Shown here in pieces: positions 34,658 through 49,187 of a stretch of DNA of 64,000 bases. The stretch is taken from contig JBHGNT010000013.1 in the NCBI GenBank assembly GCA_043228905.1, positions 9,114,001-9,178,000 on the forward strand, given 5' to 3'. The translations under genes were made by a program, and so were the position numbers. Source of the stretch: Azolla caroliniana (lineage: Eukaryota > Plantae > Polypodiophyta). Position 1 is the stretch's first letter; each line of letters opens with the position of its first letter. The notes under the pieces were generated by a model, which was given only the letters and a program-made list of their open reading frames with translations, was not told where the DNA came from and ran no database searches.

Positions 34658-37600
34658 GTTGCACACTATGTGGAAATTATATTTTTGTCCCTCCGGATAG
34701 AGAATGGAGTGCTCGGTGAGAACCGGAAGAAAACGGCATACCGGCAAGGAGGAAAAACGGCATACCGGCAAGGAGGAAAACGGCATACCGGCAAGGAAGA
34801 AAACGGCATACCGGCAAGGAAGAGCCGGATAAAGAGACATAAATGTAAAAAGAAAGGAAATAATCACTACTGCGCAGGGCGTGATTCGAACTCTGCACCT
34901 CCACGTTGACAAACCCCAACCTTACCATTACATTAAATTATCTTAAGTGTTTTAAATATAGATTTAATATGTATAAGACCTTTATTTATGCATACCTTTA
35001 TTAAAAGGTAAATCGTGTATTTCTTTAATATATGAAAAAGAAAAAAACACGAGACACTAAAAATAACTCATGCACATCTAGCGTGCATGAGCCCTATACT
35101 TAGGAAATAAAAAAGCATCACATGCACATTTAGTGGACATGAACACTTTTTGTAAAAAAAAAAAAAAAGCATGAAGCCATGCTTAGCTCTTCCTCCCTTA
35201 TATAAGGAGGAGAGAAATATGTAAAGGGTTGTTGATTATTTGGATTAAGAATTAATCAATACAAAAATTATTCATGGGATTCACGATTTATACATCTACT
35301 TCTCTCTTAACACCCTAAGTACCAATTAATATAGTATACTCGTGTGATTCACGAGTTTCTTATCTTTCTCTTTGCTATTTACTCATAATTAATCTCTATC
35401 TCACGAACTTCTTTCTCCTAGTCCAAGACCTCTGTGGTTCCCACCCGACTCACGCAACGATCCGGAGCCGAAAGGCACGACAACGTAACCGCTCCAAACG
35501 GTCCTCTGCACAAGGATTTGTTGGTAACTCTAGGGTTTCAAATACACATCACCGAAGATAACAGCCCGTGTAAGCATAAAATGGTGTCACCTTTGTCGAT
35601 GAGTGGACAGAGTTATTCTATGCAAATTCAGCGAAGTGGAGAATATCCACCCAGTCATCTTGATGATAGCTTAAACAGCAGTGAAGATACTGCTCTAGCG
35701 TTTGATTTGTTCGTTTTTCTTGGCCACCTGTTTGTAGGTGGTAGCCGGAGGAGAGGTTACAAGTGACCTTAAGCATTTTAAAGAGGTGCTTCCAGAACTT
35801 TGACACGAACTAGGGTCCACAGTCGTTGATGATACTATCGAGAAGGCCATGATGCCGACATACTTCATGCATGACAATTTCGGCAGTTTCTTCATTGGAG
35901 ATTTCCTTAGTACATGGCAGGAAATGGGCCATCTTCGTATATCGACTTATTACTGTTAAGATTGCATCGAATCCCTTAGAGACCGGAAGATCTCTAATGA
36001 AATCTAGGGCAATGGATTGCCATGGTTTGCTTGGAATTGGTAATGGTTCTAATAAACCATATGGATGATGCCTTGGCCTTTTTGCTCTACAACGTGTATC
36101 ACAAGTCCGAACAAAATCTTTGACAAATTGTTGCATATGGGGCCACCAGAAGGATCGTTGTAATAAATCTAGTGTTTTAGTTCTACCAAAATGCCGAGCT
36201 AGATATGTGTCATGACAGTTTTGGAGTACTTGAAGGCGACAAGTACCATTAGAACATACAAGAGTTTCTTAAAGAATAGTAATCCATCATGACATTCGAA
36301 TTGTCGATAGTCCGTGCTTGGTTGTTGCGACTGTGAACAAGATGCTCGAGAGGGATCAATTTGTGCTAGGATGGCTTGAGCAAAAACATTTGTCTTCAAG
36401 TCCTCACGTAGGGTATCGATAACGTGGGAATCCAAGGGCATACCGAAGACCTACGTTGCTTGCAGTTGTGCCGGTCCCAAGATTACTTGCTTTTGGTTAT
36501 CGAAAGCCGGCTCGCCGGGACACAGTGCTAGACATGAATGTTGTGATAATGCATCTGCCTTCCCTTGTTGCTTCCCCGAACGATATGTAATTTTGAAGTT
36601 GAAATGAGAGAGGAATTGGGCCCACTGAGCTTGACGTCGATTTAACACACGAGCATTCTGAAAGTAGGCAAGGTTTTTGTGATCACTGAATACGATGACT
36701 TGATGAGAGCACCCCTCTAGAAAATGCCTCCATTGCATAAAAGAGTCCACTATTGCTAATAGCTAGCTCCTTATCATGAATTTCAAAGTTGATTTCCGCG
36801 GCGTCAAACTTGCATGAATGGAAAGCCAGAGGATGTAGCTTTTCTTCATTGCCTTGTTGAGATAGAATGCTACCCAAGGCGAAATCCTACGTGTTTGCTT
36901 CAATGATGAATGGTTTTTCTCGGTCAACATGAGCTAAAATAGGAGCCGCTATAAATGCATTCTTAAGACTCTCAAAAGCAATGTCTGCTTCTTCAGACCA
37001 ATCGAACGATTTTCCCTTCTTGGTAAGTTGTGTGAGAGGCAGAACAAGCTTTGAGTAATCATGTATGAACTTGTGGTAAAAATTGGCAATGCCTAAAAAG
37101 CATTGCGCATCTTGCAACGAACGCGGAGTCTGCCACTCTACCACCATTTTGACCTGAGCTGGATCCATGGAGATTGCTGCCCCGTACGAGATGATGAGTG
37201 AGGGTCGAATGTTATCATGATGTTGTTGTGTATGTGTAGGGCATAAATGTAATTGTGAGTCTATACGTATGTGAACACATGCACACGTGTGTGCATGTGG
37301 ATGGATACGAGGAGGTGTGAGTGAGTGTCCAGTATGAATGCTCGAGGGGGCTTACACCCCTATGTATCTACCCCCTCTTGTACTATTTAACCCCTTATGG
37401 GGAATGAATGAAACATGAATAATCATTTTCTCTCTCTCTCTCTCTGTCTCTTTGTCATCTCTCTCTCTCTCTCTCCCCTTAACGTTGAACCCCCTTGGGA
37501 GGGGGCTGGAGCCATTCTAGGCACCACCCCCCACCCCACAATGCTTCTCTATATGATCTCTCTCACCATCATACTCTCCATCACCATGTCTATCTTCATC

Positions 37601-40600
37601 ACCAATCACCATTACCATTAACCCTAACCCAAAAAACATACAACACCTTTTGGCGACCACTAAGGTGACCCCCCTTTGGAGACGGAGTTGAAGAATAATA
37701 CGCAGTGAACAATGATGCAACCCTCATTAGCGCGAGAAGTCGAATCGACGATGTGCGAGAACTGGTGGAAATATGAGAAAGAACAATGGTGTGATGACTA
37801 TTCGCTGCAGAAGTATGCAAGAAAAGCAACAAATGATAGCAATGATGTGCAGAAGAAGTCGGAAATGGAAGATTGACTTATGCACAATTCTACAACGAAT
37901 TAATCTCTATATGTGTATGTTTTATTTGGTTGGTTTTTGTCCTTAATGTCCGAGACATGTTGCCAAAGATGTGCAAAAATGATGACAATGCGTGAGAGGA
38001 AGTCGCGAAATGATGGCGTTACGTGAGTGTGCGAGAATAGAAATGACAATGTGCAAATGTGCGGTTAGCAATGACGTGTGTGTGCAAGAAAGCGTGCTGC
38101 AAGAGACAACCATGATGGCCCAGACAACCGACAACAAGATGGAGATGCCAGAAAGATGCTACCGGACAAGCAATCAGAATAACCAGAATGGACAGACATG
38201 CCGGACAAGGCGACGGATGACGGCCAGAATAGCGACGGTGTTCGGAAGGTTGCAGAGGCAAACGAAAAGACACAGCAGAACCAATTGCTGGAAAACGGAC
38301 CAAAACGAGTCGGGATAAGACAGTTCGATGGCTAGAAAAGTGACATCGACAAAGGAAATGGCCGGAGACGACCAGAGATGGAGTCTGCCATCCAACCAGC
38401 CAGACGGGCCGAACAGGCGGAACGGTGACGGAGCTGGGACAACGATCAAACGGCGGTGGCCACATACTAACGGCTAAAGTGGTGGCGGACCAGCAACGGC
38501 CAAGTCGGACAGAGACAACCGAATGTGTCGGACGACGGAGATAGCCGGACCGACGACCGGACATCAGCGGAAGAGTAACTGGAGAAGCGGTTGGATGAGC
38601 CAGACGGATAGCAGCTGACGGCCGGAAACCCTAAACAGACAGCCAGAGGTGCTGAAACGATGGGTTGGATGGCATCGGAGCCGGAGACAGAGATGGAGAA
38701 ATGGACATAAAGACAGAGTCGATAGACAAGGTCGGACAGAGACAAACGACACCGGCAACGTCAAACAGAGATGGACGACCGACAACGATGGAACCGGAAA
38801 ATAGAGAAAAACAACCGGACATGGAGGCAAGGGCAGACGCATAAATCGTATGGCGACGGTGTAGAGGAAGCCATTACAACTATTGCACAACGAGCGACAT
38901 AGGAAAATAAGGAAGAAAGAAGAAGACAAAGAAGATGCAGACAACGAATAACGACAACGACAGGAAAGAAAATAGAGAAAAAAAGAAGAGAATGAAGTAG
39001 GAAGAGAACATAGAAGAAGAAGAAGAAGAAGGAGAAGGAGATGTAGCCGTTGATGAACAGAGAAGTAAGAGGAAGAAGTCATGGAAGAAGAGAAGGCACA
39101 TAACAGAGGATGGAGAGAAACGAGAAAGGAAGAAAAAGACCAATCCGGAAGAAGAACTGCATAAGAAAACAAGAAGAAGCAGATGAAGACAGGAGAGAAA
39201 GGACGACAAGAAGAGAAGCGGGAAACGAAAGCAGAAAGAAGAAGAAAGAGATGAGGGATACACACAAGAGAGAGTGCAATAATGGACCACAACAATAACC
39301 TAGAGATAAAGACGAAATTGAAGCAGAAGATAGGACGAGAAGAAAAATAGAGAAAGGGGCATTCAAGGAGTTTTGAAAACCTGAGGGCATCCGAAGAATT
39401 TCCAAAAACATGATTTCAAAAAACCGAGTCAGGGAGAAAACAAGCTCATGGCTAACAATGGGGGCACTCCAGCGTGCATTACCGATAGAAGAAGACCTAC
39501 GTTTTCAGCAAGCTATACAATGTACGACTTGTCTCAATGCCGGGCACTCTACAATAGAATGTACCATGCGATCACATTGCATGTTATGCCATTCCAAGTC
39601 GCACACAATGGACCGATGCGAATATAACTTATTGAACCGGTAAGCGGCACCGGTAAGAAAAATCGCTACCTGCAACGATCGGGAAGAGGAAGAAGAACGT
39701 TGGCATCGAGACGAGCATTACTGGCCAGTACAGGATGTTCGTTAGAGCTATAGAAGGGACACTTATGACCGGGATTATAATGGTGACTGTTCTGATCGCG
39801 ATCACTCTCCCAGTTACAATCGGAGGAGAGAGGATCATCGCAGGGATTACGAAGATCACTGCGGATAGGGATACAAGAACCACCGATGTTTTAATAAGAA
39901 ATGAAACACCCGAAAGAAGGAGCGTCGAGAACTAGCAAAGGAATACCCATGAGAGCCGGAGAGAGGCTTGAGTGGCACCCAGCTAGAACAAAGACAAACG
40001 GAAGAGCCTAATCGACCAGCAATAGGATTTCAACCAAGTACCGGGCCAAAAGCAGAATCTAGCAATACCTGGAAAGCGTATTGTTATTATTGCCGGCAGG
40101 AAGGCCATTACAACAACCAATGCCCGGTGAAAAGTAACGAAAAACGACCGACAATCAATATGGTGGCAGCAAAGGTCGCGGATATACAAGTCACCACCAG
40201 GTCAAAAGGAAAGATGACGGAGTGGGAAGCACAAGATGGTATCCAGAAACAGGCCACCGAATGGGGCCGAAGTCAAACAACAAAAGGAGGCACCGACGGA
40301 GCTCACCGACACAATATAGTCAGAAAACCCAACATGGCAGGCGTTACGGGAATGTCAAATTACGTTACCATTAGGCCGGCTAGTACAATTAGTACCCTAG
40401 TTCACAGATGGGCTAAAATTGGCAACAACACCACCAGACTTGTCGTCGGCTCCAGCTTTCTTTTCCAACCCAGAGGAAGGGTTACCGGTGGTGGACACAA
40501 GCAGTCCGGCAATCAATGCCATTGTCAAAGGACGCGAACTACCAATGACGATCATCAACAAAGGATGGAAATCTAATATATAATAATTATTTCATTTCTT

Positions 40601-42200
40601 TTTACATAATGTGTGAAGATTCACACGACATTCGCCCCCACCAAACCTGCACATCCACCGGTATGTGCCAATTTTGGTAAGGCTTCACTTTTGTTCACTA
40701 TACTTTTTCATCGATGCTTAAGACTGAATCGTCAAAAGCTTCGAATCCAATTTCTATTCTATCTCTTCTCTTGAAGATCTGGATTCTTTTACCGGTAGTT
40801 GGCAAGGCAAGTGGTGTACCATCCAATTCTACTAAATGATTGGTTGCATTATCTTCCACTTTCTTCACCACATATGGCCCAAACCATCGTTGTGAGAATT
40901 TTCGAGCCGTACTATGTTGGTTATCTAGGCTATTGTCATAGACTAGCACCCAGTCTCCTTCAACGATTTTCCTCAGTCGAAGTCGATGTCGTTTATCGAA
41001 GTCTTTCTTGTTCTTTAGCGTTACATTCTTTAGCCGAGCTTTAGCCACCTCTATATCTTCTAAATTCCGCTCCAATTGTTGAATCCTCAAGGCTAGAAGA
41101 TCTTCTCTACTTATCTCATCTTGCCATGGCAATGCAAACCATGAAATAATGCTTTGTTCTACAGGCATTATCGGGTTCTGTCCGAATATGAGCTCTGCCG
41201 GCATGTATCCCGTCACCGTGCTATGAGTAGTCCTGTCAGCCCATAGTGCAAATGGCAATAGACATGACCATTCTCCTATTTTCCCATGGCAAGCTTTCAC
41301 TAGAGCCTTCACAATCGGTCCATGTCCACGTTCCACCTTCCCATTTGCTTCCGGATTATATGCCATGGTAAGAGATAATTTGATTCCCATCCTCGAGAAG
41401 AATTCTCTAGCTTCATTGGCAACCAACTCGCCTCTATCAACCACTATCTTGCCGACGCATCCATATCTGCAAATAACATCTTCAAGAAGGAATCGGCATA
41501 CCGATGATGTCTCCTTAATTCTTAATGCTCACCCTTCAACTTGATTGGTAAGATCCTCTCTAGCGAGCACAAGATACTTCATCTGCCATCGCCCCATTGG
41601 CATCATCACGATGTCCACCATCCACTTGTAATGCATAGCCAACGGGTAAGTCTGATGAAGTCGATCTCGATGGCGAATATTCAAAAACATCTGACATTCC
41701 TTACATGTTTCCACATAAGCTGCTACATCTTTGTAGATGCCCGGCCACCAATATTTCTCCTTAAGCTTCACAAATGTAGCCCATATTCCTCGATGGCCTG
41801 CAAAAACACTATCATGAAATTCGGACATTAGTTTTTGTTGGTCTTCTAGCTTGCAAACAACTCTCATCGGAATCTCATTCTTCTTTTTTGCATGCCTCCA
41901 AAGAGCTCCATCCTTAAGGAAATACGTGTATGCCTTCTTCCGAATTCGATGGAAGTCTTCCGTCGACCATGATTCATCTTTTTGGAGAGAACTCAAGTAT
42001 TTCCCGATTTCCACGAATTTGCCTTCGTAGTCCTCTTCTATGAAAGTAGTCAACACCTGAGCGTAGGAACTTGCAAAGAAATCCAAGCCAACATCATCTT
42101 CATCAGAATGTCGATCTTCTTCTCCGTCGTATCTCGCTCGTGATAGCATGTCTGCAACGACATTACGCTTCCCAGCTACATGACGGATCCTCGGGTTGAA

Positions 42201-42428
42201 TGATTTGATATATGCAATCCAACGCAACATGGCAATATCTGGTATATTACAACCAGATATCATACCCAAAATTGGTAGGCAATCTGTCTCAATTATGACT
42301 TCTGCTCCAATAAGTGATTTGATATATGCAATCCAACGCAACATGGCAATATCCGGTGTATTACAACCAGATATCATACCCAAAATTGGTAGGCAATCTG
42401 TCTCAATTATGACTTCTGCTCCAATAAG
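42201..42428. repeat. 114-bp in-frame tandem duplication in RNase H
   Basis: LIGAEVIIETDCLPILGMISGCN(T/I)PDIAMLRWIAYIKS appears twice. Confidence 0.95.
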
Positions 42429-42797
42429 GTAATCACGATCAGATTTGATTGCCAAGACGATTCCCCATAGCTCACTCTTCACTTCAGCATACCTTCTTTG
42501 CCTGTCACTTAACACTTTCGCGCCAAACCGAATTGCATATCGGTTGCAATCTTCATCTTCTTGGTTGATAACCCATCCAATTCCAATTGGACTAGTATCC
42601 CCAGTCACGAAAATGGGCTTGCCGTATGAATAGTCCACGTTCCGTAATGCAGGTGCCTCCATCAATAATTTCTTCAGCCTTCGGATGGCGATTGTATGCT
42701 CGCTGGTCCATTCGAACATTCGCTTCTTCTTTAGTAGACCATATAATGGCTCAGCAATGTGGGCGTAGTGTGGAATCCAAATATGATAAAACGCGCA

Positions 42798-45774
42798 TGC
42801 TCCAAGGAACCTTCGAACCTCCGTTTGGGTTACGCATTCTTCTTTCATGTCTTGGATTGCATTCACCTTGGATTGCAAAGGTTTCCAACCGTATGCTCCA
42901 GACAAGTGACCTACCACCAAGATCTCTGGTTGCCCGAATGTGGATTTTTCTCCCGAAAATGTCAAATTCGCATCTTCGAGCCTTTGGAGCACCTTCTCGA
43001 AATCTTTCATATGATCCACGACGAACTTTCTACATCCATTCTTATCTTTTGATTAATCCTTCTCTTCATCTGAACATCCTTTTATCGGGATATCATCTAA
43101 GAATGGCATCGTGATATCCGGGATGCAATCCTTCAAGACCTTGTTCATGGCATTCACCATATGAGCCACGGAGTTCGTTGCGCCTTGAGGTAAGGTACAC
43201 ATCCGCACCAACCCGATTGGAGTTCTCATGGTTGTAATGTGACGACTGTCGACCGCCAACTGGAATTGATCGTAAATAGAGTAGAGATCGCCGATGGAGT
43301 AGATGGACCGGCCTGCAAACACCTCGGCAATTTCACCCAGACTCGGACCAATTCCAACATTCCGAATTGTCACCTTGTTGATGGGTTGAAGATCTTGAAT
43401 GAATCGCAACGATCCATTCTTCTTTGGCACTGTGAACCACCTATTAGAATAAGGAGCGTTCGACGGTTCTAGAATTCCCATCCTCACCTTCTCCTTTAAG
43501 AGCTCGATCAGCTTTGGTAGGTGTGCTCTCGGAACCGGTATCGGTTTCAAATTCCAAGGCACATGCGGCACCGTGAAGATCACCATCGGTTCTACCATCC
43601 TTGGATTAGCACACCCAATTTCTTGTGGGAAAAACGTGAAAGCCTTCCCATTTCTTTCAAGCATTCCACAAAACATCCGCTCCTCTTCAAGGGGGACGAA
43701 ATCCTCCCTTCCAACTCGTAGCTTTCCCTTCGTCTCTTCAGTGAAGACGTGACCAATTGTATTTGGGTTCCTTAAGCTTGGAATATATGGTGCAATAATA
43801 GACTTTTAAATGATAGGATAATAGCCCATTTGTATTTCTTGCCTCTATATTTATATTGGCATATAATTATGACTATATTTCCACCCAAGGAAAGCTCAAA
43901 TGCAAGTCTTATTTGTGGCCAATCCTTTTTTCCAAGCATGAAATTAGCACCATGGGCTACGACACCTTGTTTGATAACACCCCATCCTCTTATCATTTTC
44001 CTCAATTTCATGTGCAAAGATTGAAATGGCAGAAAACACAAGTACAGAGACACAAGATTTAATGTGGAAAACCCGGAAAGGGAAAAACCACGGGAGTCCA
44101 CAAACTCCTAACTTTATCACTATGGTAGGAGGAATATTGTTGATGGGTGGGGGGTGGAGCCAGAGACAAAATTTAACGTAGACAAACCTGAAAGGGAAAA
44201 ACCACGGGAGTCCACAAACTCTGAACTTGATCACTATGGTAGGAGGAATATTATTGATGGGTGGGGGTGGAGCCAAGATTTAACGTGGAAAACACGGAAA
44301 GGGAAAAACCACAGGAGTCCTCAAACTCTGAACTTTATCACTATGGTAAGAGGAATATTGTTGATGGGTTCGAATGTGAGAGGATAGAGAGAGAGAAAGA
44401 GATACACATAGAGAATGAGAGGCAAAATCGAGACAAGTTCAGGTAGAGGAAGCCATTACAACTATTGCACAACGAGCGACATAGGAAAACAAGGAAGAAA
44501 GAAGAAGAAAAAGAAGATGCAGACAACGAATAACGACAACGACAGGAAAGAAAATAGAGAAAAAAAGAAGAGAATGAAGTAGGAAGAGAACATAGAAGAA
44601 GAAGAAGAAGGAGAAGGAGATGTAGCCATTGATGAACAGAGAAGTAAGAGGAAGAAGTCATGGAAGAAGAGAAGGCACATAACAGAGGATGGAGAGAAAC
44701 GAGAAAGGAAGAAAAAGACAAATCCGGAAGAAGAACTGCATAAGAAAACAAGAAGAAGCAGATGAAGACAGGAGAACTGCTCCAAGGACTGCTCCAAGGA
44801 ACCTTCGAACCTCCGTTTGGGTTACGCATTCTTCTTTCATGTCTTGGATTGCATTCACCTTGGATTGCAAAGGTTTCCAACCGTATGCTCCACACAAGTG
44901 ACCTACCACCAAGATCTCTGGTTGCCCGAATGTGGATTTTTCTCCCGAAAATGTCAAATTCGCATCTTCGAGCCTTTGGAGCACCTTCTCGAAATCTTTC
45001 ATATGATCCACGACGAACTTTCTACATCCATTCTTATCTTTTGATTCATCCTTTTCTTCATCTGAACATCCTTTTATCGGGATATCATCTAAGAATGGCA
45101 TCGTGATATCCGGGATGCAATCCTTCAAGACCTTGTTCATGGCATTCACCATATGAGCCACGGAGTTCGTTGCGCCTTGAGGTAAGGTACACATCCGCAC
45201 CAACCCGATTGGAGTTCTCATGGTTGTAATGTGACGACTGTCGACCGCCAACTGGAATTGATCGTAGATAGAGTAGAGATCGCCGATGGAGTAGATGGAC
45301 CGGCCTGCAAACACCTCGGCAATTTCATCCAGACTCGGACCAATTCCAACATTCCGAATTGTCACCCAGTTGATGGGTTGAAGATCTTGAATGAATCGCA
45401 ACGATCCATTCTTCTTTGGCACCGTGAACCACCTATTAGAATAAGGAGCGTTCGACGGTTCTAGAATTCCCATCCTCACCTTCTCCTTTAAGAGCTCGAT
45501 CAGTTTCGATAGGTGTGCTCTCGGAACCGGTATCGGTTTCAAATTCCAAGGCACATGCGGCACCGTGAAGATCACCATAGGTTCTACCATCCTTGGATTA
45601 GCACACCCAATTTCTTGTGGGAAAAACGTGAAAGCCTTCCCATTTCTTTCAAGCATTCCACGAAACATCCGCTCCTCTTCAGGGAGGACGAAATCCTCCC
45701 TTCCAACTCGTAGCTTTCCCTTCGTCTCTTCAGTGAAGACGTGACCTATTGTATTTGGGTTCCTTAAGCTTGGA
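42798..45774. repeat. 985-bp direct duplication of the RT region (42798-43782 and 44790-45774) with ~1 kb filler
   Basis: Near-identical RT segments. The filler contains Copia-LTR-like repeats and a copy of 38861-39196. Confidence 0.92.
44057..44368. repeat. Three ~110-bp tandem copies of a Copia LTR segment
   Basis: ATTTAA(C/T)GT...AAAGGGAAAAACCAC(G/A)GGAGTCC...AAACTC at 44057, 44171 and 44278, similar to 13301-13363. Confidence 0.8.
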
Positions 45775-46182
45775 TCTTTTGCAACTTCCTTCATCTTTTG
45801 CTAGCTATTTTCCGGTAGCGGAACTACAACTGGCTTGATCTTCCTATCCATGGTTTTATAATTTGTGTTGACTTCGGCTTCCTCTATCAAGATGCCTCGA
45901 TGATAGTATACATGTTGACGGAGTTAACCGAAATCACATGTTGAGGGTGAGGATAGCTCAAGTCCACGACTTCCTCGATTTCGCTGATGGTGTCGTTAAA
46001 TGAGGCTTCCTCCAGAATATATGACACGAATTCTTCTTCTTCGATTATGCTTTCTTCTTTCAGCACCTCCTCGAAGTCTTGTATCTGACAGTTTTCCTTC
46101 TTGTTGAGTAGTCTTAGTTTGCATGTGCCGCTAGATGTGACACATGATGCTTCTCCTTGCAATCCACACACTCTACTTCCTT

Positions 46183-46246
46183 GTGGGGACTTATGATTGC
46201 TCGAACTATTTGTGCCCCATGCTTCAATAGTCCGCTTTAAAAATCC
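46183..46246 (-). promoter_or_regulatory. Second copy of the predicted -1 frameshift signal
   Basis: Minus strand GGATTTT-TAAAG-CGGACTATT...AATAGTTCG, with loop TGGGG pairing to downstream CCCCA. The -1 frame is open (GFLKRTIEAWG...). Confidence 0.78.
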
Positions 46247-48455
46247 GAGGATTCGTCTCCAAGGCTATCTCGGTTCCTTTCATGATTAGCTCGCACCGTC
46301 AGTAATTGAACAGATCTTTTACTATCAAGACTCTTGACACGCGCGAAGGCTGCTCCATTATCGAACACCTTGGTCTCCATCCGGGACGATGTTATATATG
46401 GTTGTCCTAGGATGACAGGATGCGAAGCCGAGTCTTGCACGAAGGAGTGTTGATCAATCTCCACCTCCCCGATCATGACTTTAACGTTGGGGCAAGCTCT
46501 GTACAAGTCCTCCGTAGACTTCGTCGCCGCTCGAATCTTCCATCCGTGGTTTATATTAATCAGCCATCTTCCTTTCTTGTAGAACTCGGTCGACATGAGG
46601 TTGATCTCTGAGCCATGGTCAATCAAAGCAACCACGGTCTCTTTCTTCTCCCCGATCTTCACCGGCGTTTCCGTTATCGCTCTTGCCCAATGAGGCAAAG
46701 AGTAATGGCTATCCGCCACCACTTCTTCTTCTTCCTCCTCTTCCGATCTTGCCATGGTTATGGAACTTGTTTTCACCTCCTCTTCATCACATTGTTGCCG
46801 CTTCCTTTTAATAAGGTCCACGATAGTATCATGGAACTCCTTCTTCGCGATCCCAAGTAGCTCTCTCAAGGTAAGGTTGACATGAATGTCTAAAACCTTC
46901 TCCTCAAGGACCTTTTGCAAGGTAGTTGTTTGTTCTATGTCCGACCTTAGCTTGTGAGTCGTTGCCACTCATTCTTTTCCTTTCTTCGTTGATTCTTCGA
47001 CTTCCATCCGAGCAGGTTGGCTCGATCCACCGGGCTTCATGTTTGTTTCACCAATCTCTTTTCTTGGGATAGGTTGGGGTGGCCCTTCTTTCCCTCCGTT
47101 CCTCATGTTAGGAAGCTTTGATGTGCCATCTTCTTCACCGGTTCTTTTCCTCTTCTCTTCGACAAGGGCTTCATAGGTGTCACACACAACCTCCGCAAAG
47201 CTTGTGTTTTCATCAATTGGATCTGACAATCCGGTAGCTTGTCGCACGTTTCGGTCAACAAGTTTTAGATCCTCCGAATTGATTTTGCCTTTTTCTTCAC
47301 ACTCGAAGACCATTGGCCAAAACCCAGCTCCTGGCTTGATCATTTTAAGATTCTCTTTTCCAACTCGTATCCCAGCCGAAGCGGCATAGTGCATAGCTTC
47401 CACATGCCTTGCATCTTCTTCTTCTACAATCTTTTTCAGCCCACCTCTTCCGAATTTCACTCTTAGTGGCTTCCGAGTCTCGCTCAAGTGAATCATGTTG
47501 CCGTCCAAATAGACAACATTCTTGCGGATCACATCTTGCAAGTCAGCACATTCCCTTCGTGAGTGTTCGAAGCTGTCGCACCACACACATCTATACGCTT
47601 CTTTTCCCTTGGGCCCGCATCGACCTAAGTTGGCTAGCGATACCGCTTCAAACTTCTTCGAGAGCTCTTTGATTATAGACTCCTCCATTGCTTTCTTGTC
47701 AAAATTGTTGATCAACTTACTAGGCTCGATCGTCGTAGGTGAATTCTTCCACGATTGTGGATTCTCGATCTCAACTTCCTCTTGCCTTTGTCGTCGCTTA
47801 TCAAAACGGTTGCAAGCCTTCTTCATCGCCGCCCATTCCTCTACCAAGCCATTTGGTTGCGTTTCGTCCTCCAAGAAGCTGCCCAATTCTCGTCGATCTT
47901 CTGCATCCACTGCCTTTAGGAATAGTAAGACTTTATCTCCGTTGAGAACTCGTTGCTCGACACTCGGAAATCGGTTGTACTTCTGGTTGAATTCGGCATA
48001 AACTCCCGATGCACACAGATTCTTCCCTTTCTTCTCGATCCAATTCATTAACGTATGTCGAGTCATCCGTGATGTGTCTTCAAGCATGTATTCAGTGAGA
48101 AGAGCCCTTTCGAACTCCGCCCAAGTTGCATGCTCGTTTTGGATCTCCATCACGCGCTCATGGATCCCGGGTTCTACCACACGCTTAAAGCTTGAAATTT
48201 GTTTTAGATCATGGACATCACTTTGTTGCATCTCGTTCCGGTAGGTAGCAAGGAAATTTGTGATGTTCTTGCCACCGAATCTTCCAGATGTCTCCACAGT
48301 TCACTCAACAGCTTTGTCAACTAAAGCCTCCCGATCTCTCTCTTTTAGCATGAATTCGACGACAGACACCATGCCTTTCATCCATTCTTCTCCTTGAGTT
48401 CCACTTGTTGAAGCCATCTTCGTACTTGATATCCTCCTACTGCCTCGTTTCATGT

Positions 48456-48970
48456 TGTCGTGAAGAATTTCATCCAGAGGCGGAAACCGGGAAATAATGG
48501 CTACATCGGTGGGGTGCGCCATGTGCACTCACCCTCATGTAATTGTGTGAATAATAGGAGTTGAGTCGGGAAAAAGAATCCCATGTAAATCGGGATTTAT
48601 CCCATATTGTAATGCATCCCTCTCCTTGTTCTATAAAAGGAAGGGAGCGCCCTTTGTGAAGGGGTTGCCCATTTTGCGTTAGAGGGTATACCGTTAGATT
48701 TAGGGTTACTTACATTCTTCTTCTTCTTCTTCTTCTTCTTCTTCCCCCTCCCCCCCTTTCGTGTTTGCTTAGGGTTTGCTTCAGCTCGTCTCCTACGCAA
48801 GATCCCGCTCGGCGCGACAAGCCCGTGAGCTCCCCGACCGGCGGTTTGGCAACCGACGACTACTGTAACCTACCTTGGTCCGGCTCGAAGCCGGGAATGT
48901 ATTCTTCCTTTTACATATATAGATTTGCGTCTATCTATGTATATTCGTGTCTCTGTTGGTGTCGGGTCGG

Positions 48971-49010
<40 letters not shown>

Positions 49011-49187
49011 TGAGTCGGTGTCAAGCGCGCGCTCCCTCTCTTTCTCTCTCTCTCCCTTCGGTTGCTTCCGGAGTGCTTCTGGGATGCCCCGGAAACGGTG
49101 AAGTACGACTTCCTACGCTCCGTCACTCCCTAGTCCAAGACCCCCGTGGTCCCGCCTTTCTCCACGCACGTGCGTAACAACGCGACA
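48456..49187 (+). mobile_element. Solo LTR (732 bp, Phygy-like relative) inserted inside the host PBS
   Basis: TGTCGTG...CGCGACA, TSD ATGT/ACGT, shares U5 motif CCTAGTCCAAGACC with the 28135 LTR. Removing it restores TGGTGAACCCGACGTGA. Confidence 0.9.

Larger units (their letters stand above)
28135..35482 (+). mobile_element. Full-length young Ty3/Gypsy element (DUF4100/Phygy-like)
   Basis: 838-bp LTRs 28135-28972 and 34645-35482 with no difference I could see, 4-bp TSD ACGT, tRNA-Trp PBS TGGTGAACCCGACGTGA (28977-28993), PPT GGAGGGGGCGAG (34633-34644). Confidence 0.96.
23663..37174 (-). mobile_element. Chromovirus (Tcn1-like Ty3/Gypsy), 3' half in four pieces: 23663-24135, 24863-25161, 28051-28134, 35483-37174
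   Basis: RT end/RNase H (MDPAQVK, FIIEAN, EIHDKEL, SDHKNL), integrase (PWQSIALDFI, GGQEKRTNQTLEQYL, LGPFRI, IHPVFHSSLL), chromodomain EYEVVDILNS|KIVRNKVYYLVNWLGYSPNERTWEP. The reading frame rejoins across each TSD. Confidence 0.92.
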
